Origin: an uncultured archaeon
Lineage (GTDB): Archaea; Iainarchaeota; Iainarchaeia; Iainarchaeales; VGJJ01
NCBI GenBank assembly: GCA_964358055.1
Contig: CAYHNT010000003.1
Span: 1-52,729, forward strand
DNA length: 52,729 nucleotides
Reading direction: 5' to 3'
The notes beneath the pieces are model-generated. The model searched no databases. It had not been told where the DNA came from and saw only the letters and a list, made by a program, of their open reading frames with translations. Position numbers and translations under genes: made by a program. Below are positions 26,076 through 33,994 of the stretch, one piece after another; within the stretch, counting starts at the first letter, position 1; each line of letters opens with the position of its first letter.

Positions 26076-27119
26076 CTATCCAATAATGCGTCCCTGTCTC
26101 GTTTTATGGCATGCCCCAATCGCAAAGGGAGGCAGTCCATGGAGGGTGGATTGGTAGAGATAATATCCTCCCTCTTCCTTCTCAAAAAAAGTAGGGTTAG
26201 GGGCCCATTTTCCATTTTCGTATAGTTGAAGATGCACCTCGTCTCGTTTTCTTTCGTTTTTCTCCACCCATTTTTTGGGCACTCTAAAATAAAAGGTGAC
26301 ATAAAACGAGTTTTCGTTCCAGGGATGAGTTTGGTGGACATGGATGGTCTTGTATACCGCGTCAATGGTAGGAAGTGTGTATTCTGTTTCGTCCTCGAAC
26401 TCCTGGTGAATAATCAATCCATTTGGTTCCAGTTTTTTCTCGGAACGAATCACTATTTTTTGAATCGCATGCTGTTCAGCTTTGTTGAATCGTAGAAAGG
26501 TGGTTTCTCCCGTGTTGAGCGTAAATCCCATGAATGATTTTTCTCCCGTAGAATCAGATTCATGTCCACCTGCTCCTCCATCACAGGAACCCGTTCCCGT
26601 AGTGTTTCCTGCATCCGCTTCAGCGACATTCATTATGTCCGTGAGTGAAACCACATTGTACTGCCACGTTTCGGATTCCGCCCTCTCTCCGGTGGATAGA
26701 TTAGTGGTGAGTATTTTCCAGTAATAGGTTCCACTCCCCCACGCCGGATTTGGGACATGGGTGTACGTGAACGTTTGGGAGGCGCGCACCGTTCGATCCA
26801 CTACTAAGTATTCTTCCCCATTCACGTTTGGAGGGGTTCCTTTTCGAACGTACAAGCGCATGGAGTAGGTTCCTTCCCTGCTCAGGTTTTGTGCAGTAAA
26901 CACAATGGATTCTTCGCCTTGAATATGAAGTCCATCCACGGGGGTGAGTAGTTTTACTCCTACAGGAGTATCCGTGGCCTGAAATGCGAGCAAATAATAC
27001 CCCGTGGGCTGCTGCGCATGAACATAGAGTGCTGCCGTGGCCAGGGCCAGTACCACCATCACGAATAATGGGAACACAAAAGGTATTCGTGTGGAGGAAG
27101 GAGTTGCAAGGGCATCCAT
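26076..27119 (-). CDS. Secreted or anchored protein with a C-terminal PGF-pre-PGF-like domain
   Basis: Start at ATG 27119; the track start is TTG 27131. The N-terminal hydrophobic signal is IPFVFPLFVMVVLALATAALYVHA. The C-terminal segment FYVTFYFRVPKKWVEKNERKRDEVHLQLYENGKWAPNPTFFEKEEGGYYLYQSTLHGLPPFAIG resembles the archaeal PGF-pre-PGF domain. No C-terminal TM or sorting tail follows. Confidence 0.5.
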   Translation of the reverse strand: MDALATPSSTRIPFVFPLFVMVVLALATAALYVHAQQPTGYYLLAFQATDTPVGVKLLTPVDGLHIQGEESIVFTAQNLSREGTYSMRLYVRKGTPPNVNGEEYLVVDRTVRASQTFTYTHVPNPAWGSGTYYWKILTTNLSTGERAESETWQYNVVSLTDIMNVAEADAGNTTGTGSCDGGAGGHESDSTGEKSFMGFTLNTGETTFLRFNKAEQHAIQKIVIRSEKKLEPNGLIIHQEFEDETEYTLPTIDAVYKTIHVHQTHPWNENSFYVTFYFRVPKKWVEKNERKRDEVHLQLYENGKWAPNPTFFEKEEGGYYLYQSTLHGLPPFAIGACHKTRQGRIIG

Positions 27120-27159
27120 ACTACTGGGCAAATGGGGTTGCGGTATTTAACTCTTCCAG

Positions 27160-27729
27160 CTATTTCAGCAGGTCCGCGGCTCCCGCACCAATGTTCGCGA
27201 ATAGTCCAACGAATACGACGAGTTGAATGCTATCCCCAACTCCCGTAACAACTCCACCCAGCACGCCCATCAAATAGAGCATGACGGCAGCGGTGGAGTA
27301 AGATACGAGCAGCTGCGAGGAAAGGCGTGTGGGGATTATTCCAAAGATTCGTTCCGATTCCACGAGCTGGTATTTGGTATAATAGAGTAAAAGAATGTTG
27401 AACAAAATGGTGACGCCCAGTATGGCCAGGAGGCGGGCAATATCTAGCCCTGCCGATAATCGCCACACTTCTTCGGTGACCGCAATCGGTGCGCTTAGGA
27501 CCATGGCCCCTACAATCTGTTGGGCCAAATCATCCCAGGCAAACTTGTCCGGATGAATGATGGGGGCGGCGAGTAAATGAAAGGGACTCCTTTTGGGTTG
27601 AGGACCCCAGGGTTCGGGGGTTGTTCTGGCATAATTTTTCCGTAAAGGAGGATTCGTCCCCGATGCTACTAATCGTCCCATATTTTTTCCCCTGTATTTT
27701 TTCCTCAAAAAAAACCTATGCCTGACCAT
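27160..27729 (-). CDS. Integral membrane protein, family not confidently identified
   Basis: Basic N-terminus followed by about 4 hydrophobic helices (IVGAMVLSAPIAV..., LLAILGVTILFNILLLYY..., AAVMLYLMGVLGGVV..., LVVFVGLFANIGAGAA). An alternative start is Met17 (27681). Confidence 0.5.
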   Translation of the reverse strand: MVRHRFFLRKKYRGKNMGRLVASGTNPPLRKNYARTTPEPWGPQPKRSPFHLLAAPIIHPDKFAWDDLAQQIVGAMVLSAPIAVTEEVWRLSAGLDIARLLAILGVTILFNILLLYYTKYQLVESERIFGIIPTRLSSQLLVSYSTAAVMLYLMGVLGGVVTGVGDSIQLVVFVGLFANIGAGAADLLK

Positions 27730-27777
27730 TATTCTTGAAGTATTTAATCGAGAAGGTAGGGAAAAAAATAGAAAATT

Positions 27778-27813
27778 AAAAAAAAGTGTAAGCGCGGGTT
27801 TTTTTTCCCCGCA
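27778..27813 (-). terminator. Hairpin plus T8 downstream of the 83-aa gene
   Basis: The minus strand reads GCGGG-GAAAAAAAA-CCCGC, then GCTTACAC, then TTTTTTTT, immediately after the stop at 27823. Confidence 0.35.
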
Positions 27814-27822
27814 CTCAAAATT

Positions 27823-28074
27823 TTAATAATGGCTTCCGTGCACGTTGCAGCATCCGCAGGATTTGAATCCCCACATTTTGCCATACATGACTAATGCTAC
27901 ACCAATAACGTACCATGCGGCGACGCCCCAGTCGAACATTCGTGCAGTCTGGCTAAGTTGGGTGGCGAATCCACCGGCCAAGAACCATATTCCTAATGCA
28001 ATCATAATCACGGATAAGGCAGCTCCGCCCCAGTCGCATGAGCAGGTTTCTTTTTGCATCTTCATTCCCTTCAT
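27823..28074 (-). CDS. Small 2-TM protein with terminal Cys clusters
   Basis: AGGAGGAG lies upstream. The N-terminal motif is CSCDWGG, two hydrophobic helices follow, and the C-terminal motif is SCGCCNVHGSHY. No family recognised. Confidence 0.5.
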   Translation of the reverse strand: MKGMKMQKETCSCDWGGAALSVIMIALGIWFLAGGFATQLSQTARMFDWGVAAWYVIGVALVMYGKMWGFKSCGCCNVHGSHY

Positions 28075-28169
28075 AATTTTTTTCTCCTCCTAGTTGCCCC
28101 AAAAAGGGCTTGGATAGGTTGGCAAAAAAATTGGGGTTTATAATAGAACGCCCGTTTAACGAGGAAAAA

Positions 28170-28628
28170 CTATTTCGTTTTTCCAAATGCCCCTAAGTAG
28201 TGGAGCGTGAATAGCATCATTCCAATACTCACGAGATTAATCCACACCGCGTATTCGGAAAAGAAAGTAATCGCACTCACGGGAAGAAATAATGCACCCA
28301 GACTCGCGCATGCGGGGCACTGGGCCACTAAAAATATTCCAATGGTTCCAATCCCACTCGCTCCGGTTCCTTTTGCTCGCTTCTCCACCGAGCATGTTTG
28401 GGGACTCACCCATAAATGAATTTGGTAGGCCATGGTGATTCCGAAAAGGAGGATAAAAATGCCCAATAGTATTCCATGTCCCAATGGAAGGTTACTTATC
28501 CACACGTCCATGTTGTCCAAGTTCCCCAACAATTGGGTATAGGTATACAGCACCAGCATCCCGGTCATAATTACTATGGCCAATAGGGCATATGCGGGTT
28601 GCCTGAGTATTTTTTCCAAGGGAGTCAT
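28170..28628 (-). CDS. Membrane protein with an intramembrane CPAC motif
   Basis: About 4 TM helices. LVAQCPACASLGALFLPV places a CxxC inside a hydrophobic segment, with a further Cys in SPQTCSVEK. No family recognised. Confidence 0.5.
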   Translation of the reverse strand: MTPLEKILRQPAYALLAIVIMTGMLVLYTYTQLLGNLDNMDVWISNLPLGHGILLGIFILLFGITMAYQIHLWVSPQTCSVEKRAKGTGASGIGTIGIFLVAQCPACASLGALFLPVSAITFFSEYAVWINLVSIGMMLFTLHYLGAFGKTK

Positions 28629-28768
28629 AGGTATAATCGGAGAAAAAGAGGATTTAATGGTTCTCCCAAAATCAAATGAAAAAAACCCTCATTACGCATT
28701 TCTTTATAGACACTCACCCGCCTTTTCATGTAGTGAGCGCTTTCAGGAATGCACGCGGGGAATGATCC

Positions 28769-30334
28769 ATGGATATTATTGTGAAGGGATTGTCCATCAG
28801 CCTGGGGAAACAGGATCTTTTTCATGATGAGAGCTTCGGCATAGCCTATGGGGCCAAGGTCGGGATTATTGGACGAAATGGGGTTGGAAAATCCACCCTT
28901 TTGAAAGCGATTATTGGAAAGACCGATTACAATGGTAAAATTGAGTGCAATGCACGCTTGGGTTATTTTCCTCAACACCCTGAATTGAATCCCAATCATA
29001 CCTTTCGTGAGGAGCTTGAAACAGGGTTAAACGCATCCAAATATGGGGCGCGTATTCAAGAAATTGAATCGTTGATGGCCAACCCTTCCGTGTACAACGA
29101 CATGAAGCGTTTGACCCAACTCACGGAGGAATACTCCCTTCTCCAATCAAAGGCGCACCAGGAAACTCGCTCAACTAACTCTACGAGCGTGGATGACGTG
29201 TTGAAGCGATTAAAAGTGTCTGATTCTATTTTTACCAAAAAGGTATCTGAACTAAGCACGGGACAAAAGGCCATCCTTTCGCTTGCGCGTATTTTTTGTG
29301 CGGATTGTGACGTGCTTCTTTTAGATGAGCCTACCAATCACTTGGATTTTGATCGATTGGATATCCTGGAAAAATACTTATCTTCATTCAAGGGCACCGT
29401 GTTAATCGTAACCCACGATCGTTATTTGTTAAATCGTGTCGCAGATACGGTGTTGAAACTGGAGAACGGAAAAGTAATCAAATACAATGGAAACTATGAC
29501 ACGTATTTGCGTGCACGCACCGAACAATACTCTGCACAGGAAAAGGCATATGAGAATGAGCAGAATTATCGACGTATTCAACTTGAAAAAATTAATAAGA
29601 TTGGCACGGCACCCAAAAATGTTCGCCAGAGTGAGTATCGTAGGAAGATGTTAGACGAGCGTGATGCGGTGGATGTTCCTTCGTTGGATCGGAGTGAGTT
29701 TGAGGTACATTTCTCTTCTCGTCCCATGAAAGCACCGTATGTCATGGAAACCAAAGAGTTGTCCGTGGGATACGAGACTCCCCTTATTTCACGCATCAAT
29801 TTTGCTATTGGAGCGGGTCAGCGTTTCGTAATTATTGGGGAGAATGGGTGTGGGAAGACCACGTTGCTTCGCACCATCGCAGGGAAGCTTCCCAAGTTAG
29901 AGGGGGAAATCGAGTTTGCCAGTGAGGCTGTTACTGGATATGCGGACCAGGATTTGCAGAATTTGAATCCCGAGAAAACATTGTATGAGGAAATCTATGC
30001 CATCCTCAAAGACAAGGCACTCACACGCGCTAATTTATCCATGATTGGGTTTAAGAAAAACGAGGATGTTGAGAAGAAAATTTCGTCCATTTCAATGGGA
30101 GAAAAATCACGTTTGAATTTGTTGAAGGTATTACTCAACAAGCCTAATTTCTTATTGTTAGATGAACCCACTAACCATTTGGATATTGATGCGAGGGAAA
30201 TTATTGAGAATGCCTTCCTGAATTATGACGGAACCATTCTCGCCGTTTCCCACGATCGTTACTTTATTCACAAGGTGGCGCATCGCGTGGTGAAAGTAGA
30301 GAATAAGCGCTTGGTCAACACCACTAATTTCTAG
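28769..30334 (+). CDS. ABC-F family ATPase (two ABC domains joined by a charged linker, no TM domain)
   Basis: First domain: Walker A GRNGVGKSTLLKAI, signature LSTGQKAILSLAR, Walker B LLLDEPTNHLD. Second domain: GENGCGKTTLLRTI, ISMGEKSRLNLLK, LLLDEPTNHLD. The ~80-aa linker YLRARTEQYSAQEKAYENEQNYRRIQLEKINKIG... is typical of ABC-F. Confidence 0.85.
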   Translation: MDIIVKGLSISLGKQDLFHDESFGIAYGAKVGIIGRNGVGKSTLLKAIIGKTDYNGKIECNARLGYFPQHPELNPNHTFREELETGLNASKYGARIQEIESLMANPSVYNDMKRLTQLTEEYSLLQSKAHQETRSTNSTSVDDVLKRLKVSDSIFTKKVSELSTGQKAILSLARIFCADCDVLLLDEPTNHLDFDRLDILEKYLSSFKGTVLIVTHDRYLLNRVADTVLKLENGKVIKYNGNYDTYLRARTEQYSAQEKAYENEQNYRRIQLEKINKIGTAPKNVRQSEYRRKMLDERDAVDVPSLDRSEFEVHFSSRPMKAPYVMETKELSVGYETPLISRINFAIGAGQRFVIIGENGCGKTTLLRTIAGKLPKLEGEIEFASEAVTGYADQDLQNLNPEKTLYEEIYAILKDKALTRANLSMIGFKKNEDVEKKISSISMGEKSRLNLLKVLLNKPNFLLLDEPTNHLDIDAREIIENAFLNYDGTILAVSHDRYFIHKVAHRVVKVENKRLVNTTNF

Positions 30335-30737
30335 GTGCTACTTTTTCTTTTTTTTTCTTCTCATCTTCTTCGGCCTTATCGGCTTCTTTCTTTGTTGCAT
30401 GTACTGTTCCTGGAGGATGTTCAGGGGGAGAATACACCGTGTAGAGTAACAGGTCCTTTCCCCTGGAGGGATTGATCACATTGTGTGTGGTTCCCGCCGG
30501 CACGATAGCCGTTCCTCCGTCCGGGATACGATGTTCTTTTCCATCCATGATAATCTTGGCTTCTCCTTGTTCTACGCGGAAAAACTGGTCAATAGTCGCA
30601 TGGACTTCCATTCCCACTTCTTCGCCCGGGGGAATGCGCATCACCACCAGCTGCTGGTGTTTCGCCGTGAATAACACTCTTCGGAATGCCTTGTTTTCAA
30701 TGGTTAATCGTTCGATGTTTCCAACAAACCCCTTCAT
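30324..30737 (-). CDS. Cupin-domain protein with a Lys/Glu-rich tail
   Basis: The motifs PPGEEVGMEVHATIDQFFRVEQGEAKI and VPAGTTHNVIN are the two cupin His-containing motifs. Its 3' end overlaps the ABC-F 3' end by 11 nt (convergent). Confidence 0.75.
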   Translation of the reverse strand: MKGFVGNIERLTIENKAFRRVLFTAKHQQLVVMRIPPGEEVGMEVHATIDQFFRVEQGEAKIIMDGKEHRIPDGGTAIVPAGTTHNVINPSRGKDLLLYTVYSPPEHPPGTVHATKKEADKAEEDEKKKKEKVAPRN

Positions 30738-30819
30738 ACACGACCACTCTCCTATCTCAACACAGGATTAGAGTGATTCCTTGGTATTAAGGGGATTAGT
30801 AGAAAAAAAAGAGAATAAG

Positions 30820-30891
30820 CGCCCGCTGCGGGAATCGAACCCGCGCCGCCACCGTGACAGGGTGGCATCCTAACCGTTAGACTAAGCGGGC
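30820..30891 (-). tRNA. tRNA-Asp (anticodon GTC), CCA not encoded
   Basis: The minus strand reads GCCCGCTTAGTCTAACGGTTAGGATGCCACCCTGTCACGGTGGCGGCGCGGGTTCGATTCCCGCAGCGGGCG. It has a 7-bp acceptor stem (GCCCGCT/AGCGGGC). The anticodon stem is CCACC/GGTGG with loop CTGTCAC. The T arm is GCGGG-TTCGATT-CCCGC. A TTTATAA box lies about 39 nt upstream (30927-30933). Confidence 0.9.
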
Positions 30892-30951
30892 AGCCCAGTC
30901 GTTAAAGTAAATTGACGAAAAAAGCATTATAAAGGAGCGTCCAAGACCCCT

Positions 30952-31419
30952 CTATCCGTCCAGTGCCTTCAACACTTCTTCAGCATGTCCTTCGGGGGAG
31001 ACGCGGGGGAATACTTTCATGATGACCCCGTCTTCGTCGATAATGAAGGTGGAGCGAATGATTCCCATGAACTTTTTTCCATACATGGACTTTTCTCCCC
31101 AGGCTCCGTATTTTTCGATAACTTTGTGTTCAGGATCCGCAAGCAAGGGAAAGTTGAGTTGGAATTTCTCTGTGAATTTTTGGTGGGATTTTTCATCATC
31201 TTTGCTTACGCCGAAAATAAGGGCGCCTTTCTTTTTTACGCGCGCTAAATTATCTCGAAACTCACAGGCTTCTTTCGTGCATCCTGGCGTGTCATCTTTA
31301 GGGTAAAAATAAAGTACCACTTTTTTTCCGCGCAATGAGGATAATTTTACTTCTTTTCCATTCGTGTCGTTCAACACAAAATCAGGGGCTTTGGTTCCTT
31401 CAATTGGCATCGCGGTCAT
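30952..31419 (-). CDS. bcp: Peroxiredoxin, Bcp type (thiol peroxidase)
   Basis: The active-site context is [25 protein letters not shown]. The 155-aa length is typical. Confidence 0.85.
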   Translation of the reverse strand: MTAMPIEGTKAPDFVLNDTNGKEVKLSSLRGKKVVLYFYPKDDTPGCTKEACEFRDNLARVKKKGALIFGVSKDDEKSHQKFTEKFQLNFPLLADPEHKVIEKYGAWGEKSMYGKKFMGIIRSTFIIDEDGVIMKVFPRVSPEGHAEEVLKALDG

Positions 31420-31458
31420 GACAAATTTACTCCATGGGTTAAAAAAAATTAAATTATT

Positions 31459-31851
31459 TTATGAAAAACTTTTTCCGCATCCGCAGCTTCCATGAACATT
31501 GGGGTTGTTCACGGTGAATCCGCTTCCTTGTAACGATTCAGCGAAGTCAATCGTACTTCCGTGAATCATGGGCTCAGACATTTTGTCCACGTACACGTGT
31601 ACGCCGTAGAATTCTAATTTGATGTCGCTTCCGAGTCCTTCTTTTTCAAAGGTTAATGAATAGGTATAACCTGAGCATCCGCCCGGTAACACTTGTACGC
31701 GCAATCCGTATCCTGCTTTGTTTTCGCTCTGCATGAAGTCCTTGAGTTTGTGAGCAGCTCGTTCGGTTAATTCCACAAGGTGTTTGGTTTCCGTTTTCAT
31801 TTCGGTTTTGCCGACGGTGGCGGTTCCAGTAGTAGTGCAGGCATCATCCAT
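31459..31851 (-). CDS. A-type iron-sulfur cluster carrier (IscA/HesB/ErpA family)
   Basis: RVQVLPGGCSGYTYSLTF plus the C-terminal SCGCGKSFS give the three conserved Cys. I trimmed the start to Met75 (31851, GAGGG upstream); Met92 (31800) is equally possible. The track's 204-aa extension overlaps the neighbouring divergent gene. Confidence 0.8.
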   Translation of the reverse strand: MDDACTTTGTATVGKTEMKTETKHLVELTERAAHKLKDFMQSENKAGYGLRVQVLPGGCSGYTYSLTFEKEGLGSDIKLEFYGVHVYVDKMSEPMIHGSTIDFAESLQGSGFTVNNPNVHGSCGCGKSFS

Positions 31852-32074
31852 AAGGGGTTTCCCTCTATAGGGAGTGGGTGGCAGAAGTTTATAAGGGAAC
31901 TTTAAATCGACGGTGCTTTGGCTTATTTTTGTAAATTTTAAAGATAGATTTAAAGGAGAAAGTGCGAGTAAGATTGGTAACATGAGCCCTAGTGTTCCTT
32001 CGGGGACACTAGATGACTTTTTTTCTCTAAAAATTTTCCGTAGTTTCTTAATGGTTTGGGCCTTGAAGCTCAAA

Positions 32075-32671
32075 ATGCTTCAAAAGTCCGCGCTTGTTTT
32101 TATCGATGCTGGATACTTGTCCAAGATTTCGAAATATTTTGGCAGTGGCAAACATATCAAGCTTGACTTGATTCTTTTTTCAAAACGTCTGGCGGAAAAA
32201 CAAGAGTTGGTGTGTGAGCACGTCTTCTACTACACTGCTCCACCATTTCAAGGGGTCTTTCCTACTCCTCTTGAAATGCGATTAAAGGCGGGATATGATT
32301 CGTTCATGAATAACGTGAAGAAAAGTTCCATGATTACAGTTCGTGAAGGTCGTTTGCAAAAAATTGGAAGTTCATTCACTCAAAAGGGAGTGGATACACT
32401 ATTAACCATGGATTTGTGTCAAGAACCCTTTGATCGTAAAATTAATTGTATTATTCTTTTGGCTGCCGATACCGATTTCGTTCCTGTTCTCAATCAATTA
32501 CGGTTCAAGAATAAAGTGAAAGTCTTTCTTTATTATTTTACAGATCGCATCCGAGGCTCGCTTTTTTCCATGTCGAATCACCTTCTAACAGCATGTAACA
32601 AAAGTATATTATTGACAAAAGAGGATTTCATTTCGAATACGTTGGATAATAAAAATGAGAAGAAAGGGTGA
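32075..32671 (+). CDS. NYN-domain (LabA/DUF88-like) predicted RNase
   Basis: I trimmed the start to ATG 32075. The matching segments are ALVFIDAGYL, QKGVDTLLTMDL and CIILLAADTDFVPVLNQL, which fit the acidic NYN/PIN-like motif pattern. Confidence 0.65.
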   Translation: MLQKSALVFIDAGYLSKISKYFGSGKHIKLDLILFSKRLAEKQELVCEHVFYYTAPPFQGVFPTPLEMRLKAGYDSFMNNVKKSSMITVREGRLQKIGSSFTQKGVDTLLTMDLCQEPFDRKINCIILLAADTDFVPVLNQLRFKNKVKVFLYYFTDRIRGSLFSMSNHLLTACNKSILLTKEDFISNTLDNKNEKKG

Positions 32672-32683
32672 AATACCCTTTCT
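32661..32683. terminator. Perfect 9-bp hairpin between convergent genes
   Basis: AGAAAGGGT-GAAAT-ACCCTTTCT spans the NYN stop codon (32669-32671). It ends 6 nt before the stop of the minus-strand mini-ORF. Confidence 0.4.
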
Positions 32684-32688
32684 CGCTA

Positions 32689-32859
32689 TTACTTGCTTGA
32701 CAAATTGTGCTTCTTAACGTAGGTCCAAATCTTCTTGGTCATTTCGCTCGGTGCGATGGGCTTGCTTCCCATGATCTCTTCAATGGTTTCTTTTCGTCCC
32801 GAAAATGAAATGCTGTATCCGCCAAAGGCCGGTTTTTTCTTTTCCCCAAATATTGCCAT
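32689..32859 (-). CDS. Untracked 56-aa ORF matching the N-terminal half of a SWIB/MDM2 domain
   Basis: It falls below the track cut-off. My translation is MAIFGEKKKPAFGGYSISFSGRKETIEEIMGSKPIAPSEMTKKIWTYVKKHNLSSK; AGGAG lies 11 nt upstream. IMGSKPIAPSEMTKKIWTYVKKHNL parallels the SWIB core (IVG..PMPRTEIIKKMWDYIKENSLQD in chlamydial SWIB proteins, from memory). The ORF stops where the second half of the domain should begin. Confidence 0.45.
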   Translation of the reverse strand: MAIFGEKKKPAFGGYSISFSGRKETIEEIMGSKPIAPSEMTKKIWTYVKKHNLSSK

Positions 32860-32952
32860 ATTCAATCAGTCTCCTGCGCAGGGCGCACTGGTTCTTCGAG
32901 AGAAACCTAATTGAGTTTTAAAAGCCATGCGCTATTTACGAGGGAAAATAAC

Positions 32953-33486
32953 CTAGTTGAGCATCCGGATGGCTTTTTTTATGTAAATTGTTTTTCCTCC
33001 TTGGGGGAGGGACTCGTAGAGAATAAGCTGTCCCGGAACGTGCGTAACCTTGAGAGGAGGGGCGTGTTTTTCGATCAAGGAAGGGAGTGAAATTCTTCCC
33101 GAATTACGTGCCCAGGTGATATGGGGATTGAATTTTTGGGTCAAGTGAGTAGGGACTAGTGTGAATAATTCACCATGCAGTGCCTTCAATCCATGTTGAG
33201 TATCCTCTACTCTCAGGTAGAGAATGCGATTCCCAAACGCCCCTAAGGGAGTGTCGCCCCCGATGGTGAGTTTTTTCACGGAAGGAAGAGGAGTATGGAG
33301 GAAGCGTTCGTGTAGGACTTCATACGCTTTGGGGGTAACATTCCCTACGAAGTGTAGGGTGATGTGCCATTTGTGCGGTGGCACCATGGTGAGTTTTGGA
33401 TGTGAAGTGTAAATGTCATTGTATAGTGGAGTAAACACTTTTAGTGCGCGTGCAGGGAATGGGATTCCGAAAAAGATACGAGTCAT
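32953..33486 (-). CDS. thpR: RNA 2',3'-cyclic phosphodiesterase (2H phosphoesterase, LigT/ThpR)
   Basis: It has two HxT motifs: KWHITLHFVG and NPHITWARN. I trimmed the start to MTRIFFGIPFP (33486). Confidence 0.75.
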   Translation of the reverse strand: MTRIFFGIPFPARALKVFTPLYNDIYTSHPKLTMVPPHKWHITLHFVGNVTPKAYEVLHERFLHTPLPSVKKLTIGGDTPLGAFGNRILYLRVEDTQHGLKALHGELFTLVPTHLTQKFNPHITWARNSGRISLPSLIEKHAPPLKVTHVPGQLILYESLPQGGKTIYIKKAIRMLN

Positions 33487-33539
33487 GCGCTGCGTTTCCT
33501 TTGATTTAGAAAAAATAATAATTGATTCCATTACCGCAT

Positions 33540-33896
33540 TTAGGTTGCAGTAATGGTTCCTATCATTCCGGGTAAGTGTCGGTCACAGATTAATTCGTAT
33601 GTTCCGCTATTTATGATGGGTACATCCACGCTGCTTCCTGCATTTACTTGTGTTTTTGGAAAAACGTCTTGTCCGTTTTGCTTGACATGTATGTCGTGGG
33701 CGAATCCGCTGTTGTTGACGAAGCGCAGTGTTTGTCCTGCTTCTAATGTAATACTACTCGGCACAAATTCAAATCCTTCAATGTCCACTTCCACAATGTT
33801 TCCTCCATTATTGGATCCATTATTAACTGGGGGCGTATTCACGCATCCTAATGCTAGGACCATGATGCTCATGACGAATAGGGCGTACAGTTTCAT
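33540..33896 (-). CDS. Small blue-copper (cupredoxin/plastocyanin-like) protein with a lipobox-like signal
   Basis: The signal is MKLYALFVMSIMVLALGC. The copper-ligand pattern is FAHDIHV ... CDRHLPGM (His, Cys, His, Met). Confidence 0.6.
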   Translation of the reverse strand: MKLYALFVMSIMVLALGCVNTPPVNNGSNNGGNIVEVDIEGFEFVPSSITLEAGQTLRFVNNSGFAHDIHVKQNGQDVFPKTQVNAGSSVDVPIINSGTYELICDRHLPGMIGTITAT

Positions 33897-33994
33897 AGTA
33901 TTCCTCCGTGGTAACGACTATATTTTGGTTTTCTTTCTTTTTATTCCGCTTAGCCCATGTCTCTTTTTTAAGCCCTTTTAGGTTGAGAGTGAGT

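Noticed and set aside
26076-27119. The PGF-pre-PGF-like protein as the archaeosortase substrate
   Set aside because: The ORF ends ...PPFAIGACHKTRQGRIIG with no C-terminal TM helix or basic tail, so it lacks a recognisable sorting signal.
31852-32073. The 5' extension of the Fe-S carrier ORF, and similar long N-terminal extensions in the track (33908, 45101..46429, 46323..47510, 42408..43253, 43186..43596, 23654, 24919)
   Set aside because: The extensions overlap neighbouring genes or divergent promoters. They have no family-like sequence, and internal Met codons give lengths typical of the families.
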